A stretch of 64,000 nt of DNA from positions 30,442,001 through 30,506,000 of the forward strand of contig NC_043020.1 in the NCBI RefSeq assembly GCF_006345805.1, read 5' to 3'. Below the pieces are notes generated by a model, which saw nothing but the letters and a program-made list of their open reading frames with translations, had not been told where the DNA came from and did not search any database. The position numbers and the translations under genes are program-made. The DNA comes from Octopus sinensis. Lineage: Eukaryota. Each line of letters starts with the position of its first letter. Within the stretch, counting starts at the first letter, position 1. Of this stretch, positions 12,456-38,936 are shown one piece after another.

Positions 12456-12962
12456 AACTATTATTACGCCACAGAAACTGGGAAACCGGGCCCATGAGTC
12501 TGGCTAGGCTTGAAAAGGGCAAAAGAAAAAAATATATATTTACTCACACACACATACTTACCCTTCCACAGAAACCCTCCACAATTAAAGCTCAGCACTT
12601 CTTTATGCGGCTGTCCTCATCCATACACATCCCACACCCAAACCAGTGCAGTCTCCTCCTCTCTTCTACACAACATCCGAAGCCACTCATACCCAGTTTT
12701 CCTCTTAAATCATTCACACTCTGTCGTGTATGAAACACTGACACACATACCGTATATGTGGTATAGATATCACATTCAGTCTGACAGCTTGTATTTAATT
12801 ACATTGCAAATTCCTGAAGTCAAATGACGATAAGAAAAAATATTAATTTTTCATTATTTATTAAATTTCCACATGATAATTGAGATTATTCTGACAAACA
12901 ATTCTAGTTATTCAGCATCCATATTTTAAAATATGGCAAGCAATACGAGTCCCTTGGCGGAT

Positions 12963-26877
<13,915 letters not shown>

Positions 26878-26929
26878 TGTGGTGAAAAGAGTCAAAGCTT
26901 GCTTGAGATCTCGCGATTATTTATTGTCT

Positions 26930-26942
26930 GTTACCTAGCAAC
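26930..26942. promoter_or_regulatory. RFX X-box GTTACCTAGCAAC
   Basis: Exact fit to GTNRCC-N(0-3)-RGYAAC, 53 bp upstream of the PIERCE1-like ATG; E-box TCACGTGA at 26968-26975 and TCTCGCGA at 26909-26916 nearby. Confidence 0.65.
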
Positions 26943-27782
26943 GAAATCCACAACCAGCATTCACGAATCACGTGATACAATCAATACAGATCGGGAAAAG
27001 CTGAATTTCGGCGACACTTTCGGCTCACTAGCAATTTACTATTTATAAAACAAAATAAATAGATAGATAAAATGATGTCTGCCATACGCATTTTTAAAAA
27101 TATCATAATGCTTCATTTGGTTTTAGTATTATCTGGGCTTGTACTATCTTGCACTATATTTTTATGTTGGGGCTAAGTTTGACAGTTTGCATAAAAGGGA
27201 AAGTAAGCACAATACCTCATCCAAAAATATAAGGATTTAAAAAAAAAACAATCAACTAGATTGTGGCTAGGAGATAATAGTTTATTCGAGGCTACTTTGG
27301 CGTGTGATGGCTAGGAGATAATAGTTTATTCGAGGCTACTTTGGCGTGTGATCTACAAGAGAGATTACTTTAGGATACTTTTGAAATTATTTCGGACATA
27401 CTTAGCATTGTAAACGTATTTTTTTCAAAATTCTTACTATTTTAACAATAGGAGATCCATATAATAATTAAAATAGATGCCAAAGTAAATTTGCTCCCGT
27501 AGATCACACGGCAAAGTAGCGCTAACACAAAATAAACTAAGGACTAACCTAAATTAATCTCCCTTTAAATTGTAGATCACACGCCAAAGTGGCACCTTTC
27601 TGTTTCTTAAGAGATGATGTGAATTTAGTGCTGGTTTCTTGTAAAAATGCAACTGCCTTCGTCTCATCGCTGATCACATTGTAAAAATCTTTAAGCAGCA
27701 TCTTACGGGTTTTTAGAAATTGAAAAGTAAATTAAAGGTAATCTCTTTTGTAGATCCCACGCCAAAAGAGCACTGTTTACTC

Positions 27783-28260
27783 AAAGCGACCACTCTCAGC
27801 TTCCATCATGGCCTCAAGACAGCTCCAGAACCTGGCACATTCCTCACTGTGCCTCTGGGAAGATCTTCGAACGCTTCCTTGATCTTGGCCTCCAGCTCGG
27901 CCTTGGTGATGCAGGCAGAGCGGTCAGGGAACTTCTCCGCTACGCCCCACATATAGTAATTCATAGGATTACACTCAGGGGAGTTAGGAGTCCAGGAATT
28001 AAGACTGGCAAAGTCATTGGAATTCTCCGACAAACAATTCGCACTTTTCCCGGATGCATGGCCAGGAGCCGACTCCTGCTGGCATCTATATAAATGGCCT
28101 TCCAACAGCAACCCTTTCCAGCCAGGGGATTGATCACAGGCTGCAGCAGCTTCACATGGTCGTCTGAACTGAGTCTAAGGCCCTGTTCAAAGTTGTGCGG
28201 TGACATGATATCACCCTCAGAACCCCTAGCTGTGTCCCTTCTTGCTGGCAATGGGTTCGT
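27783..28260 (-). mobile_element. Tc1/mariner transposase relic
   Basis: EGDIMSPHNFEQGLRL and WTPNSPECNPMNYYMWG..AELEAKIKEAFEDLPR, frameshifted. Confidence 0.85.
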
Positions 28261-29587
28261 TATCTCTGTTGCAGCTCTCCATGTCATGTCTTACAGTCTT
28301 TACAGTATTCACAGAGCGTTGAGCAAGTCATGATATCTGCATCTTGATATCTGGTGCGAATCATCATGATACAGATATAATTGTTTTCCAATATTCAGAT
28401 GGCTTCCAGTTCTCCATATCACCATTTTCTCAACTACATCTTTACTCTTTATGCTCTCCAATGCTCTTGATAGTATCAAGTTGTTCTTTTTACCGCAACA
28501 CCGTGTGTTATCCAGGACTGCATTATTTATGATTATCCCCTGGCACTATATTCCCCAGGATTGCTATCTGAGATTGTATCATCCAGCGCTAGACTATCTG
28601 GCACTATGTTATCCAGTGCAGTCGGATGCTCTCCCACCAGTGAAGAGAGCGCGTGGTGCAGTGGTTAGGGTATTCGGTTCACTATCGTAAGATCATGAGT
28701 TCGACGAATAGCGGCGCGTTGAGTCCTAGATCAAGACACTTTATTTCATATTGCTCCACTTCACTCAGCTGTACCTGTATTTCAAAGGGCCAACCATATT
28801 ACATTGTGTCCCTCTGAATTTTAGAATTTCACATTTTCGTTCGCCCGAAACCGAAGTCGTGTTGGGTTCATTATTCTTAACTTTATTACAATACAAATGC
28901 AATGAAGGGAGAAAAAATGTTATCGTCGCTCATACATGCCAAACTCATAAATAAAACCGAGCTAAGGTTATTTTCGTCTCACCGCATGAGTTGATTAATT
29001 ACTACATTAATTATACGGATGCAATTAGCTGTTCAGTTGATGATAGATTGATCTGGGGCCAGACATCTTTATTTCGACACCTCCCCTAAAGTACTTCATA
29101 ATTAAATCAAGAGACAAGGAAAGCTTCTATGCGGCCAGTTGAACCTATAGAAATAGCAGCTAAACCGTCCTCAGATTACAATGTACCTCCTTTTAAAAAC
29201 AATGTCCATATTGGATGGATTATATGCTGTTTGATATACAAAGAAGTGAGGTTGGTCATAGCTGGAAAGTCTTTGATCGTAGGCTTGCTCAATCATACTT
29301 ACCAAAGGCTAAACAGCAACAACTTTAATATTTTATCGTTCAAATAATTAATTACATTGACAATATCGACTTGGGTGTCTTTAGACATCGATTATGATTC
29401 AATTCCCAGCTCGAATGCTTTACCGAAACACTAAATCGATCCAGTATTTGACAGGTACTTCGTTTCCTCGGCCCCGGAAGGAGGAAATCTTGGCAGGGTT
29501 TGAACACGGAAGATGGAAGATTTCCGCGGCAAACTGCGGCCCGCTCGACAAAAAATAAATTTCGATTGTTTTTAGTATTGCGGCCCG

Positions 29588-29768
29588 GGTACCACTTGAG
29601 AACAGTGGTCACGGTGCGCGCACTCGCAAGTCGTGACTAGTCGATCCTACAACGACTACCTGGCAAAGTAAATAATTTTTTAAACACAAAGTAAGGATCG
29701 ACTAGTCATGACTAGCTAGCGCGGATGCGCGAGTACGCACACCGGGACCACTGTTCTCAGGTAGTACC
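29588..29768. mobile_element. MITE-like fold-back element
   Basis: Outer IR GGTACCACTTGAGAACAGTGGTC..CTCGC versus its complement; inner IR AGTCGTGACTAGTCGATCCT / AGGATCGACTAGTCATGACT. Confidence 0.6.
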
Positions 29769-30113
29769 GTTGCCCGCTTCTCGAAAACCTTTGCCCGTGT
29801 CTGCTGGATCCCAATTTTGTCCAATTCCAAGTTAAATGTTCAACAAAGGCGAGATTCGTTTCATGGGTATCTGCCTTTTAAGCGCTGTTTGTTCGGTTAC
29901 CTGCCTCTTTAACGCTAATGCCTTCAATTTTTAATTTGTTGTAGGAGTGAATAGTCTGTTTGCATCACTTAACTTCGTTAATAATGCTCATCAAAAAAGG
30001 CATGAATGTCACGAAGTCTCATCTCATTTGAAAGCCCCTTCGACAATAATATCGTATTTAGGTTGGCAGTGTTTGGGGTTACCTGTCTCTGAAATGTTTG
30101 CGAGTGTTCATTA

Positions 30114-30361
30114 GGTCACCTGCCTCACTAACGCTATGTTTTTCAACCTCTATGTTGGGTCACCTGCCTCACTAACGCTATGTTTTTCAACTTTTACGTT
30201 GGGTCACCTGCCTCACTAACGCTATGTTTTACAACCTCTATGTTGGGTCGCCTGCCTCACTAACGCTATGTTTTCCAAACTCTATGTTGGGTTATCTGCC
30301 CCTCCAACGTTATGTTTTCCAAACTCTATGTTGGGTTATCTGCCCCTCCAACGTTATGTTT
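30114..30361. repeat. 44-bp minisatellite, about 5.6 copies
   Basis: Unit GGTCACCTGCCTCACTAACGCTATGTTTTTCAACCTCTATGTTG starting at 30114, 30158, 30202, 30246, 30290, 30334. Confidence 0.92.
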
Positions 30362-31174
30362 TGGTCTGCTTTAATCGTCATCGCCAAGGCATGAATGTCA
30401 CCACAACACAACAGCTAACAATAAACAGCCAGATACTCTTAAAGGAACCTTGACATAGGTAAACATACTTTTCCTCTATGATCTCTATTACCATTATCGG
30501 AGTAGGAATTAGCAGTAACCGTTTTTCTCTTACATGTCGCTTTGCCCAAATCCCAATTATTGAACTTTGACCTCTGTGGACTTTGACCTGGATGGTTTCC
30601 TTGAAATTCTTATTCAATTACGATCATCATCATTACAAGCGTCAAAACCCGGGTTATTATTTTCTCTGAGTCTAAACTTAATTAATAATTCAATATCAAT
30701 TAGCGAGAATCGTAGATTTTAAAATGCCGACTGAGCCGAGTGTTTGGCGATCGGGTTTCGATTCTTTGTCCCCGTAGTTATATTAATTTATTTCCATTTC
30801 TTAACATCGTTAAAAGTTTCTCGAGAAAGGCATGAACATCACGTAATCTTGTTTTATCCTATGTTGAAGAATATCGTAAAACGGCCCCGGACCCAGTGAG
30901 ACCTTTTTGCGATCAGGTTTTATTTGTGGTCGCAGAAATTCCACTTCCGCGACTTGATTGATTCTGTTGAAAGACATTGAACATCATTTAAGCTTGTTTT
31001 TATTTCTGCATATCTTCTACTTTGCATGAGTGTAAATATGTGAAACAAATTCGGTGTTTATACAAGCCAACTTAGAAAGTTTGTTGACGTAGGAAGAAAT
31101 AACAGCGAAATCACATATTACCAAACTATAAAAGGAAGAATTCATTGGATAATGTACATCTACATACACAATGA

Positions 31175-31225
<51 letters not shown>

Positions 31226-32596
31226 GTGGGATACTTTTCATTACAGATTTGTTACAGCAGTCAACGAATGACTTATAGTGTCGTCCGATCTGTTTGAAAT
31301 AACAACTAAATCTCGCCCAACCCACATCGTACACTAATAAAAGAAGGGCTCATACGATGTTGTGGTCCTAAATATATATCTTGCTTGGGAAAATGAATTA
31401 ATTACCACGGATTCGGAACGTTTCCGATCATGGGTTTGTTGGAGTAGGGCTGACTCGGACATGAGACAACAGCTGAATCTTCCTCACCTCACATCCTAAT
31501 GTATTTATAGAAGGAATTTAAAGCAAGTTTAGATACATAATATTTGGGTGGTGGAAGAGGAAAGGATTATTTAAGGCTGGAACCCATTTGGCCACAGGTT
31601 TTGGCTATTAAACAACAACGTTTAATATGAATTACTTTAAGTTCTGAGACCAGGAAGTATCCGAAATACAGTTTCTTTCAGTAGCTCCGTTTATCATATT
31701 TCGAGTGAATGTTTTCTCTTGTCTTGTAAATCATATTTCTTTTTTCGATGGCCAATTTCCCTCCCTGGGCCTCACAGCTCGGTGAAACTAATTTTGTCAG
31801 TAGAGTAACTTCCCTTGTGTCACAAACATATTGCGTAGGCGCATCTTCCCACGCACACCGCGCTTTTGCTGGAAATAACAGTTAAATTTATTTCTCATAT
31901 CACACCCTACTGTCTTAACATAAAAAAAAAATTTAACTGCTATTTCTAGCATCTCAGGTGACTAGGTAGAGGTTCATGTGTTGTAACAACAAAATAAAAA
32001 AGAATGGTTTGAAGATTGTTGTTTTGTCTCAAGAAAGCCTTGATCAAGAAAGTATTTCAGCTATGACCACCCTGTCTATTTCGTTTTTTCTGGCAAATGT
32101 GTCCTCATATCTGGTCAAAATATTCTACCTACTCTATATTCAAACTGGTCAGGTCCTGCCTCTCCCACTTGCCCTACATTGTCAGTATAATATAAACAAT
32201 CATATTATTGAAATATTGAAGTTACAAGATAAAGCATTCTTAGTTCAAAACGATGTGAATAAATATTCATTTGAGTGAGTGATCTGAGCACTAATAGGTT
32301 AAGGCAACAGGGTTTGATTTGAGGGAGATTTGGCTTCTATTTCTAACAGGTTAAGCAACTGGTGTAAAAATCTCCCTTGCCACTTCATTGTTTATTAGTC
32401 TTGGCTACATAAAGCACAGAGTGTTTGTACCAGAAATTACCTGAGGTCTTTAACTATAAAGGAATTGCATAATTGCTTTTTTTTTAATGGGATTTGAGGG
32501 AGACTGTTGTATTGAATGAAGCCCCCACTTCGTTTGTGTTCCATCATTGAATGTGAGTTTTATATTATTTGCAGATAATCTTCTCATTTTCTGGCA

Positions 32597-32699
32597 ATGG
32601 ACATCAGCTCAAAATTAGAAGCATCTGTGGTCGGTGCAGGCTGTGTGTATGTGCTATATTCTGTGCAGTCGTTTGTGAACAGTTACATCCTCCTGTTTC
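32597..32699 (+). CDS. DOLK: DOLK coding exon 1 (MDISSKLEASVVGAGCVYVLYSVQSFVNSYILLF)
   Basis: Acceptor tttgcag at 32574, ATG 32597, donor C|gtaagt, phase 1. Confidence 0.8.
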
Positions 32700-35600
32700 G
32701 TAAGTATACTTCTTTGGTCTGTATTCTACTTGGTCAAAACTAGTTGTCCTTATTTCAGTCTGTTTAATCGTCCTTCATTACAACAATGCCAGACCTCACA
32801 CTTCTTGGCTGATGCAACAGAAGTCACTCGGGCCCGGGTGGGAGGTTTTGGCACACTCTCCATATTCACTTGACCTTGAACCTCAAGAATGCCACCCCTT
32901 TCAGACGCTTTGAAATTCATTAAATGGACAAACCTTCAACTCTGAAGAAGGTGTAAAGATTCTGAAAGAGTTTTTTGCCAGTCAAGACAGGAAATTCTTC
33001 AAATGGAGAATAATGGATCTCCTTACAAAATGGCAGAAGATTCTGGAACGAAATGGTGATCGTATCACCGATTGAATCGATCACTTTGTGTTTAAAACTT
33101 GTGTCTTATTTTGCGTTGAAAAAACCAAATGAACTTTTTAGTCAACCCAGTATATATTTGTGTGTGTGTGTTTGTGCCTTGATGACTCTGGTGTTGGTTT
33201 GTTTATGTCCTCATAGTTTAGCTGTTCAGCAAAAGAGACCAATAGAACAAATGCCAGCCTTAGAAAAAAAAAATTACTGGGGTCAATTTGTTCAAGTAAA
33301 TACTTCAAGATGGTGCTCCAGTATGGACGTGATTTAATGACTGGAACAAGCGAAAATAAGACACAAACACACACCCCTTCACCCTCTTTCCCCTCTCCCT
33401 TTCTGCCCCTCTCCTTTTCTGTCACTCAGCCACTCTTCCTCTCTCCCCTACTCCTCTTTCTCCTCTCCCTTTCTCCCCCTCTCCCTCCCTGCACCTCTCC
33501 CCCTCTTTTTCTCACTCACACATACATGCACAGGCATACATTCTCTAAACATCATAAATATCCACGTGCAAGTAGTCAAGCACACACACACACACACAAC
33601 TATGCAAATGTGCTGACATACATATGCACACATACATATGCACACATACATATGCACACATACAACTACACGGATAAATCCACACATACGCACATGAGTC
33701 AATGAATAAATTAATGCACAGACGAACCCCCACCTCCACCACCACCACCACTCTTCTTCCTCAAGTCCTCAGACATTTTATATTCGTTCAATAAGTTCCT
33801 AAATGCAAAGGTAAACAATACTCAGGTGAATTGTCACCTGAGACAAGCATTGAACCCCTCACCTGCCTCACGCCAGTCTCTTAACAGCAAAATAAACAAA
33901 GAAATGCATTTTGTGTTTTTTAATTTATGAATACCCTCTGTCGATGAAGACGGAAGTTCCCACGGCTGAGAAAGTACGACTTCCACGCTCGTGTCTGGAC
34001 CAGCTTTCTTAATCAGAGATCTTCAAAGAAGTTAAACATGTTTTTAGTTAACTTGACGTTTGCTTTATTTACTACATTCGGTATTTGGGGCCAAGAGAAA
34101 TTTTATTGCTAAAACGTAGTCGCAGATTACAAGAATTTGTCTGTGTGTGTGTGTGTGTGTGTGCGTGCATGCATGTGTGTGCGTGCATGCATGTGTGTGC
34201 CTGTATATTTCTTGGGAATTTATCTAAGTTTTACACCCTTGGCAGAATACAAGCCAGTCCCTAACAAATTGCTAAAGGTTTTTTTTTGTTTAAGTGAAGA
34301 CAACTCTTGGGGTTTGTAGTTATCTGAATTGGTGGGTTATGTATGTGTGTGTGTGTGTGATTGTTTAATTTCCATTGTTCCATGCTTGCTCGGGACCACA
34401 TCATGCTTCATTGCCTGTTTTGCCAGTGTTTCTATAGTTGGATGCCCTTCCTAACTCCAACAACTTTACAGCATGTCTTGGATGCTTTTCTCATGCCACA
34501 GCCATTTGTGAGGCAACCATGAGGCTTGCAAGATTATGAGCGCCAACAGATCGGAGTTGAGAGACGAAAGCTTGAAAGAAATGACCAGAACAGAAACAGG
34601 TTTGTAGCTGTAAAGGAGTTGCGTGGCTCTTTGCATTTTAGAAGGAAGGGTGGGCGTGATTGAGTGGAGTGGGAGAGTGATGAGGTGTCATAATGGATCA
34701 GGCATTATATTTGGATGTTGTGTGAAGGAGGGAAAGGAATGAGACAAGCATCTCCTTTGAAAGTGTAAAAAGTCAGGTGTAATATATTTCTAAATCTCTC
34801 AAACAGATTTATGTAGTGGTAGCACGATAAAGTGATAGTATGTTGTCAACTTAATGTGGCAGTCCCACGAAAGGGAACAATGCTACTGTTATTTAGCCCT
34901 AGGAAACACCTTTTCCTATTGGACTTGACACGTTTCCTGTGTAAAGTTAGGACGTGTATAAATGAATGAGCTGAAAGAAAAAGCTGCTATTATCATCAAT
35001 TTCACTTTATGCCAAAAATCCTTTCTGCTGACCCCCTTTTTCTATATTTTACTCCCCCCCCCCATTTTGGCATCGTAAGGACTTGACATTAATGTGTGGA
35101 CTTATTTCTTCTTACAGATTCAGCTGCATTTTGCTGGTCAGTTTACACAGAATGGAAATGGCAGTGTCAGACATTTCTCATTTCCGAGACATTTTGCAGG
35201 TAAGTAATAAATTTACTGGAACACTCATTCCGTTTGTCGTTAAATTGTGGCCAGAGTGAAGCCGGGTGACCGTTGCCATTAGGATTATAGTTTTAGTCTA
35301 TTTCATGAACTGCTTCATGTCACACCGGTCCATACAGACTCACGAGGCCAGCGTCCTGGTTTCTTTGGTGTATATAGTCTTTCCCCAGAGCAACATAAAA
35401 TGAAGTGTCTTGCTCAAGAACACAATGTGTCATCCTGTCCAGGAATTGAACCCACGATCTTAGAATCATGAATGCAACTCCCTAACCTACGTTTGAAGAC
35501 AATGGATTCATTATGGGTAGAACCCTTTTGATTGTAAGCCTGGTCCATCAAACAGCCAAATGTTTCTTTTATCTTTGGATTTTATTTGTTTCAGTCATGT

Positions 35601-38590
35601 GGCCATGCTGGGGCACCACCTTGAAGGGCTTCATGGAACAAATCAATCTCAACCCTTACTTTTTTTTAGCCTGGTACTTATTCTATCAGTTTCTTTTGCT
35701 GAACAGCTAAATTATGGGGACATAAACAAACCGACCCCACACACACACATGACAGGCTTCCACACAGTTTCTGTCTCCCAAATTCACTCACAAAGCATTG
35801 GTCAGCTCAAGGTGTTGCACTGTGGGACTGAACCTGAAACCACATGTTTGCAAAGCAAGCTTCTTAAACCACATGGCCACCCCTTTTGAAATTTGCAAAT
35901 TATCTTCTTGTCCTTTTCCTCCATTTCAGACCACGGGCCAGGTGTTCGGTGTGGTCAGTCCTGCTCTTCCCCCTTTGTTTGTTGTCACGGATTCGGTCAT
36001 CCAGTAAGTTCCTTTCTTCATGCATAGTGTGGGCCATGGTAGTGATGGTAGTCAGTAGTTTATAAAAAAAAAAGTGATTAAGATAATTAACTCATTAACA
36101 TTCAGATTATTCTGTCAAAAGTAATGCTAATTATTTCGAATTAATTATGCATTTTCACAAAGCTTCAAAATTACGATGAGCTAATTGTTTATTTTTAGAA
36201 TAACATTGCAGGGTAAGTGTGAGAGGCCAGATTCTGACCAATCTGAACATAAAACAAAACCTGTAGAATATTTGGGGTGAATTAGACCAGCTTAAATGCT
36301 AAAGGATTTAGGTGATTAAAATCTATGTCAGAACAAAGGTAAACAGACAGTGCGTGTGGTTTTTAAATTTTTTATATCTTCAAAGTGGTGGAGGTGGGGG
36401 GGGCATAGTGTTGGCTATGATGGTGATAAGGATGATGATGATGATGATGACAATGAGGAGGAGTGGGAGGTGGAGCCAGAACATGTCCTCATCTTCAAAG
36501 TAACATGGCTAAGAAAATGAGCAGAAGGGAGCCATGGAGAGAGAAGATTGATGGAAAGTAAGCAACAGTTACAAGGAAACAAGCCATTCCATCTCAACTT
36601 AAGCATCCTGGTTCTAAAAGACAGAGCAAAACGGAATTGCAAGAGGCCGTTGGTTGAGGTAGGGGTTGGGATTCAGAATGCATCAGTGGTATGGATGGTG
36701 AGAAGAGATGATAGAGAGATGGGAGAGGGGGGTACAGAGGGAGAAGGGCATTTAGTAGGGGTGGTTGAATGGTTTTGTTTCAGTCATGGGTGGTTTGGCA
36801 CAATGGATAGGAGAAGAAATGGTAGGAAAGTGCAAAAGTAGAGAATAAAAAATAAGCAGGGGAGAGATATGTACCCCCCCACTCCACAATTTTGCTGAGT
36901 ATTTCGTCAAGTTTCTCCAGGAGGCTGGGTGTTCTGCAACATTGTGCATCACCAGTCAAAATTGTCTTCTGTCATCTCCTTCGTTGGATGTTGCATCTTG
37001 GGAAGTCTTCCACAAGTGCCATTCCCTTTGAATGCTTGGCACTTATGCAGCTGCCATCTGCCATCTGCATCATTGTTCCATACAAAGAGGGTTTCTTCTC
37101 TTAGACACTGCATCTGGTTCCTCTTATACCTCTTCTGTCTCTCAATTTATTCTCCATGGATGCTGACATGCAGTGATGCACGCTTGCCTCGTCGTCTTCA
37201 AGCTCACTGCCATGCAGCTGTGCATTTCGTGCACAAGCTTCATGCAATCTGCTCTTCACTGAGGAAAAAAAGCTCTTTCTGGCCAGTAGAATTACTATCT
37301 CTCTGGACTTTCTCCTTTCCATTCTTATTCTAGATACAACTCTTTTGGAATATTTGCTCTCAAAACTAATTATGTTACCTTGGTAACAAAACTTATCTGC
37401 TGCTTCATGAGATATCTGGTCTTCTTGCTTTGGCTGGGCAATAGGCACCGGTCACTGAGACAAGGAGACTTGTGTTGTACAAGTGTGATTATCACTTATA
37501 AGCCAATGACATCCACATGTCTCTTTGTGCTGACCTCATTCCTCATCCTCTCCACTTAAAGTCCTGTGGTAAGGCAACAGTGATGACGTGTGCAGACGTA
37601 ACCACTCGGAAGTTCACAGTTAGTTATAACTTTTGCCTGTCACACCTTACAAATCTCACAGATGGACTGAATTGCTATCTGTGAGGTCATGGATAGAAAG
37701 TCTGAAATGTCATTAAACAACAAGGAAGCACAAGGAGACGGCTATCATCTGTGAAAATGGAGCAATCGCTATATATGTGTGTATATATGTGTGTATATAT
37801 GTGTGTATATATGTGTGTATATATACAGGGTGCAATGGGTTAATTGTTGCCATTTAATGTTTTTAATTTTGCACGTGATTTTGTTGACTACACAGTATAG
37901 TAGGGTCAGTTGGGCACCGTCTGTGAGAAAAAGAACACCATGATGCAATTCACTCTGCCCAAAATTTGGAAACGACTTGCTGTACTGCTTGGCATTCCTG
38001 CCAGAATTTTGTGACTTCCTGACCTTTGCTGTATAATGATGTAATGTAATTAATCAATTAAAGAATTCAATGGAAACAGTTGTAATTGACACCTACACAT
38101 TGTTTATTATATTTACATACACATGTATATACATACATACATACTTGCATACACATGTATATACATATATACATACTTGCATACTCATGTATACACACGC
38201 ACACACACCTGTAAGCATATCATTAGATGTTCTCATAATACTGAAATCAACCCAGTTCTTGACATACCTTTAGTATCAGTAGATGTGCTGCTCCTGTGAC
38301 CCTCCAGTTGACATACTTTAATGCTTTCATGTTCTGGATTGTCTTTCAGGTTTTTCAACATATGAAGACGCTTTGTATCAAAGTTACATTCTGGTTTTGA
38401 ATCCATTGTATCTGGCATATCGGATTCTTGAAAGACCAACGCATTTCCCGGACTCTCGTGCAAAGGAGATCTTCCTCGATGCAGTCTTTGGTGTCGCTAT
38501 ACCATTGTGGATGGAAAAAGGTGAGGAAGGAAAAATGGTATTTTGTACACAGGTACATGCTTATGCAGACACACACGTGCATGTGTGTAT

Positions 38591-38624
<34 letters not shown>

Positions 38625-38654
38625 ATATATATGAAAATGATGATGAGGATGATT

Positions 38655-38686
<32 letters not shown>

Positions 38687-38696
38687 TACATACATG

Positions 38697-38730
<34 letters not shown>

Positions 38731-38817
38731 TGTTTGTGAATCTATGAATGGGTGTGCAGAAATGTTTGAGTGTTTTGATCATGAGGAAATATTACCTTGT
38801 TTGGTAACAAGGAAGGC

Positions 38818-38867
<50 letters not shown>

Positions 38868-38894
38868 TGATGATGATGATGATGATGAAGAAGA

Positions 38895-38936
<42 letters not shown>

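Noticed and set aside
30114-30361. CRISPR-like array
   Set aside because: Units are contiguous with no unique spacers; eukaryotic context with no cas genes.
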